From contig OY969724.1 of the NCBI GenBank assembly GCA_963702205.1, positions 1,344,001 through 1,408,000 of the forward strand: DNA of 64,000 nucleotides, given 5' to 3'. The translations under genes were made by a program, and so were the position numbers. Below are positions 61,074 through 64,000 of the stretch, piece by piece. The stretch is from an uncultured candidate division Zixibacteria bacterium. Its GTDB lineage: Bacteria; Zixibacteria; MSB-5A5; GN15; PGXB01. The notes under the pieces are model-generated. The model made no database searches, was not told the origin of the DNA, and worked only from the letters and a program-made list of their open reading frames with translations. Each line of letters opens with the position of its first letter. Positions within the stretch are counted from its first letter, which is position 1.

Positions 61074-62315
61074 ATGGTAGTTGAACTTATATCAATAGGC
61101 GATGAAATCATAACCGGGCATACGGTCGATACCAATTCCGTGTATATTGCCCGACGACTGGCCGATATCGGCTTGTCGGTCCGCTATAAATCGGCGGTTG
61201 GCGATGATCTGAAAAGCATGGAAGAGGTCTTTTATCAGGCCCTGAAACGCGCCGACCTTATAATCACAACGGGTGGTCTGGGACCGACCGACGACGATAT
61301 AACCAAAAAGGTCATTGTCAAAGTTTTCAAGCGCAACCTGGTTTTTCATGAAGACATTCTGGAGGATATAAAAAGCCGCTACGCCAAACGTGGAATCAAG
61401 ATGCCCTCGATCAATCAAAACCAGGCTCTTTTGCCGCAGGGGGCCAATTATCTGCCGAATAAATTTGGTTCGGCGGTCGGGATTATGATTACCGAGGAAG
61501 GCAAAATATTCGTTTCTTTACCCGGTGTGCCCCGCGAGATGATGCAGATTATCGACGATGAACTCATTCCGCTGTTGCAGGCGCGCTCCAAGCAGGAGCA
61601 ATTGAGCATAATCAAACTACGGACGACCGGGATTTTCGAATCGGCTTTGGCGGAGCTGATTGTGCCGGAAATAAAGCTGCCCGAATCGGTCCGTCTGGCT
61701 TATCTACCGTCGTACAGCGGTGTCGATCTCAGGATTATTTCATCCGGTCCGACGCGCGAAGTGGCCGATGAAAACGCCGAAAAGGTCGCGTCAGTTTTAC
61801 GTAAGACGGCCGGTAAATTCATCTACGGTGAGGGAAATGTCACCCTTGAAGCCGTCATCGGCGATCTGCTGAAAAAGCGCGAACGGACTCTCGCCACGGC
61901 GGAATCGTGCACGGCCGGTCTTCTGGCCGGACAGATTACGTCGGTGCCCGGCTCGTCGGCTTATTTTGATCGCGGCGCGATAACGTATTCCAATAAATCA
62001 AAAACTGAGCTTCTGGATGTTCCTGCTGAGATGATTGAAGAATTCGGAGCCGTCTCCAATCAAGTCGCCGAAGCGATGGCTAAGGGGTTGATCAACAAGT
62101 ACGCCGTCGATTACGGGGTCGCTATAACCGGTATTGCCGGGCCCGACGGGGGCACCGAAGAAAAACCGGTCGGGACGGTGTTCATCGCGGTAGCCTCGAA
62201 AGAGATGGTTCATTCTCGCTTGTTTAATTTTGGTAAGGACCGGGAGATGAACCGGGGCCGCTCGGTTTACGCCGCGCTGGAGATGCTTCGCCGGACCATT
62301 CTGGAGATTTCCTGA
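61074..62315 (+). CDS. cinA: Competence/damage-inducible CinA (molybdopterin-binding-like domain + PncC)
   Basis: ISIGDEI..G..VDTN, TGGLGPTDDD, AESCTAG, ITGIAGPDGG. Confidence 0.95.
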   Translation: MVVELISIGDEIITGHTVDTNSVYIARRLADIGLSVRYKSAVGDDLKSMEEVFYQALKRADLIITTGGLGPTDDDITKKVIVKVFKRNLVFHEDILEDIKSRYAKRGIKMPSINQNQALLPQGANYLPNKFGSAVGIMITEEGKIFVSLPGVPREMMQIIDDELIPLLQARSKQEQLSIIKLRTTGIFESALAELIVPEIKLPESVRLAYLPSYSGVDLRIISSGPTREVADENAEKVASVLRKTAGKFIYGEGNVTLEAVIGDLLKKRERTLATAESCTAGLLAGQITSVPGSSAYFDRGAITYSNKSKTELLDVPAEMIEEFGAVSNQVAEAMAKGLINKYAVDYGVAITGIAGPDGGTEEKPVGTVFIAVASKEMVHSRLFNFGKDREMNRGRSVYAALEMLRRTILEIS

Positions 62316-62872
62316 TGCGTCTGTTTGTCGCTTTGCCTCTGCCTGAGAAGGTCGAAAATTTACTTGGTAATATTATTGGTGAACTGAGGCCCCTATCGCG
62401 GGCAGTTAAATGGGTTAATTCTGATATTATCCATCTGACAGTCAAATTCCTGGGTGAGACGAAACCGGAACTGGTCGAACCGATAAAAAACGCGCTCGAC
62501 CGGGTTGGGCCGGATTATTCGACCGTGGAATGTTCGATTGATAGTCTGGGCGCCTTCCCGAATTTGAAACGTCCCCGTGTTTTCTGGGCCGGACTGGCCG
62601 GTCAAAAAGATATTCTCGAAAAGCTGGCCAAGCACGTCGATCTGGAAATGAACGCTCTGGGGTTTGAAAAGGAAGACCGCGCTTTTAGGGCGCATCTTAC
62701 ACTCGGCCGGGTCAAGCAGGATGGCCAAATGTCCGACCTTTGCCGGGCAGTGGAAAATTATAAATTGATCCCGGAGCCTTTATTGTTTAACGAAATTATC
62801 CTGTTCAAATCGACCCTGACCCCGCGCGGACCAATTTATGAGGCTCTTCACCGCGTGCCCTTAATGCCATAA
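62315..62872 (+). CDS. thpR: RNA 2',3'-cyclic phosphodiesterase (2H family)
   Basis: MRLFVAL, HLTVKFLG, HLTLGR. Confidence 0.93.
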   Translation: MRLFVALPLPEKVENLLGNIIGELRPLSRAVKWVNSDIIHLTVKFLGETKPELVEPIKNALDRVGPDYSTVECSIDSLGAFPNLKRPRVFWAGLAGQKDILEKLAKHVDLEMNALGFEKEDRAFRAHLTLGRVKQDGQMSDLCRAVENYKLIPEPLLFNEIILFKSTLTPRGPIYEALHRVPLMP

Positions 62873-62902
62873 TTTTTATTTATATGGGTATTGGAAAATC
62901 TT

Positions 62903-63003
62903 AGTCGGTCGGCTTCCTGAATCCCGATATACGGGACGCAGAAAGCCGACATCGTGTTGTTGGGTTTCTCGTTGCGCTTTGCTTCACTCGGAACCCGACC
63001 TAC
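62903..63003 (-). repeat. REP doublet, reverse-complement homologue of 39778-39877
   Basis: rc reads GTAGGTCGGGTTCCGAGTGAAGCAAAGCGCAACGAGAAACCCAACAACACGATGTCGGCTTTCT..., closely matching the interior of MITE copy 1. Confidence 0.85.
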
Positions 63004-63005
63004 AA

Positions 63006-63172
63006 GGGCTTGTTGAAAAAGTGGTGCCAATATGTTCCGTCAGGTGCTGATCCCGACGAAGTTGGGATTGACACCGGCCTCTTAAGCTTCAGTGACTTAC
63101 AATGCGGTCAGTTCGCACCCCCCGATAAATCGGGACGCAGGATCTTACCGAACAGGCTTTTTCAACAAGCCC
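63006..63172. mobile_element. MITE copy 3 (TIR GGGCTTGTTGAAAAA)
   Basis: TIRs; ACAA duplicated (63002-63005 and 63173-63176); interior homologous to 53390-53560. Confidence 0.85.
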
Positions 63173-63347
63173 ACAACGCTGGGTGCTTAGATTTCCGCTA
63201 TAATTGGCGATTTTTACTGACGGCGCCTGTCAGGGCCGTATTTTATTGTGTATTCGAAAAAGTGATAGTAAGTTTTGAATAATTTTAATAAAATGAATCA
63301 CTGCCTGTTTAAATGAACATTTGTAATTGAAATACAAGGAGAGCGAT

Positions 63348-64000
63348 ATGAGCATTGACAGTCCCGACCGGAAAAAAGCGCTGGAAAGCGCCCTTCATCA
63401 AATAGAGAAATCCTTCGGCAAGGGGGCCATAATGCGTCTCGGCGACGGCGTGGTTTTGCCGATCGAAGTGATCCCGACCGGGTCGATCGGCCTGGATTAC
63501 GCTCTCGGGGTTGGGGGCATACCGCGCGGACGAGTTGTGGAAATTTACGGGCCGGAAAGCTCGGGCAAGACCACTCTGGCGCTGCATTTTATCGCCGAAG
63601 CCCAGAAATGTGGCGGAATCGCGGCCTTTATCGATGCCGAACATGCCCTCGATGCCAAATACGCCAAAGCCCTGGGTGTCAAGGTCGACGACCTTTTGAT
63701 TTCGCAGCCGGACGCCGGGGAGCAGGCGCTCGACATTGCCGAGACGCTGGTCCGCTCGGGCGCAATCGACATTATCGTAATCGACTCGGTGGCGGCGCTG
63801 GTGCCGCGTGCGGAAATAGAAGGCGAGATGGGCGATTCGCATATGGGGCTTCAGGCCCGGTTGATGTCACAGGCGATGCGCAAACTTACGGCGGTCATAT
63901 CGAAGTCCAAGACGGCTGTGGTCTTTATTAACCAGATCCGAATGAAAATCGGCGTGATGTTCGGAAACCCCGAGACAACCACCGGCGGCAATGCTTTGAA
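63348..64000 (+). CDS. recA: Recombinase RecA (3' truncated by window edge)
   Basis: AAGGAG SD, ATG 63348; [63 protein letters not shown]. Confidence 0.97.
   Translation, partial: MSIDSPDRKKALESALHQIEKSFGKGAIMRLGDGVVLPIEVIPTGSIGLDYALGVGGIPRGRVVEIYGPESSGKTTLALHFIAEAQKCGGIAAFIDAEHALDAKYAKALGVKVDDLLISQPDAGEQALDIAETLVRSGAIDIIVIDSVAALVPRAEIEGEMGDSHMGLQARLMSQAMRKLTAVISKSKTAVVFINQIRMKIGVMFGNPETTTGGNAL

Overview
Bacterial chromosomal segment of roughly 50% GC. A secreted TSP3/dockerin protein and the gene repertoire suggest an FCB-related lineage such as candidate Zixibacteria (inference). Most of the window is housekeeping: feoB (partial), rarA, bfr, lepB-hemW, an 11-gene complex I-like nuoABCDHIJKLMN operon lacking nuoEFG, terC, phoU-like/Na-Pi transporter, a MacAB-like ABC exporter, kdsA-kdsC-kdsD-lpxL-lptC, arsR-arsC-acr3, a frameshifted radical SAM gene, rsmB-PASTA-rpe, ffh-rpsP-khpA-rimM-trmD-rplS, pgsA-pgpA-cinA-thpR and recA (partial). 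Four signals stand out. (1) A complete IS110 (IS621-like) bridge-recombinase element at 39921-41092. Its non-coding end contains guides matching its own target flank (GTTCTGCC-CT-AC, a GTAG REP) and donor junction (ACAGTCG-CT-TG), and circularisation would create a TTGACA-17-TATATT promoter. (2) Nested REP-like palindromes, 15-30 bp insert modules and TIR-bounded MITEs in the large intergenic regions. (3) A 26-aa tandem duplication in the NuoL lateral helix, typical of 2M complex I, although only one nuoM is present. (4) An orphan two-gene module resembling contractile-injection-system cargo. No tRNA, rRNA or CRISPR array was recognised.
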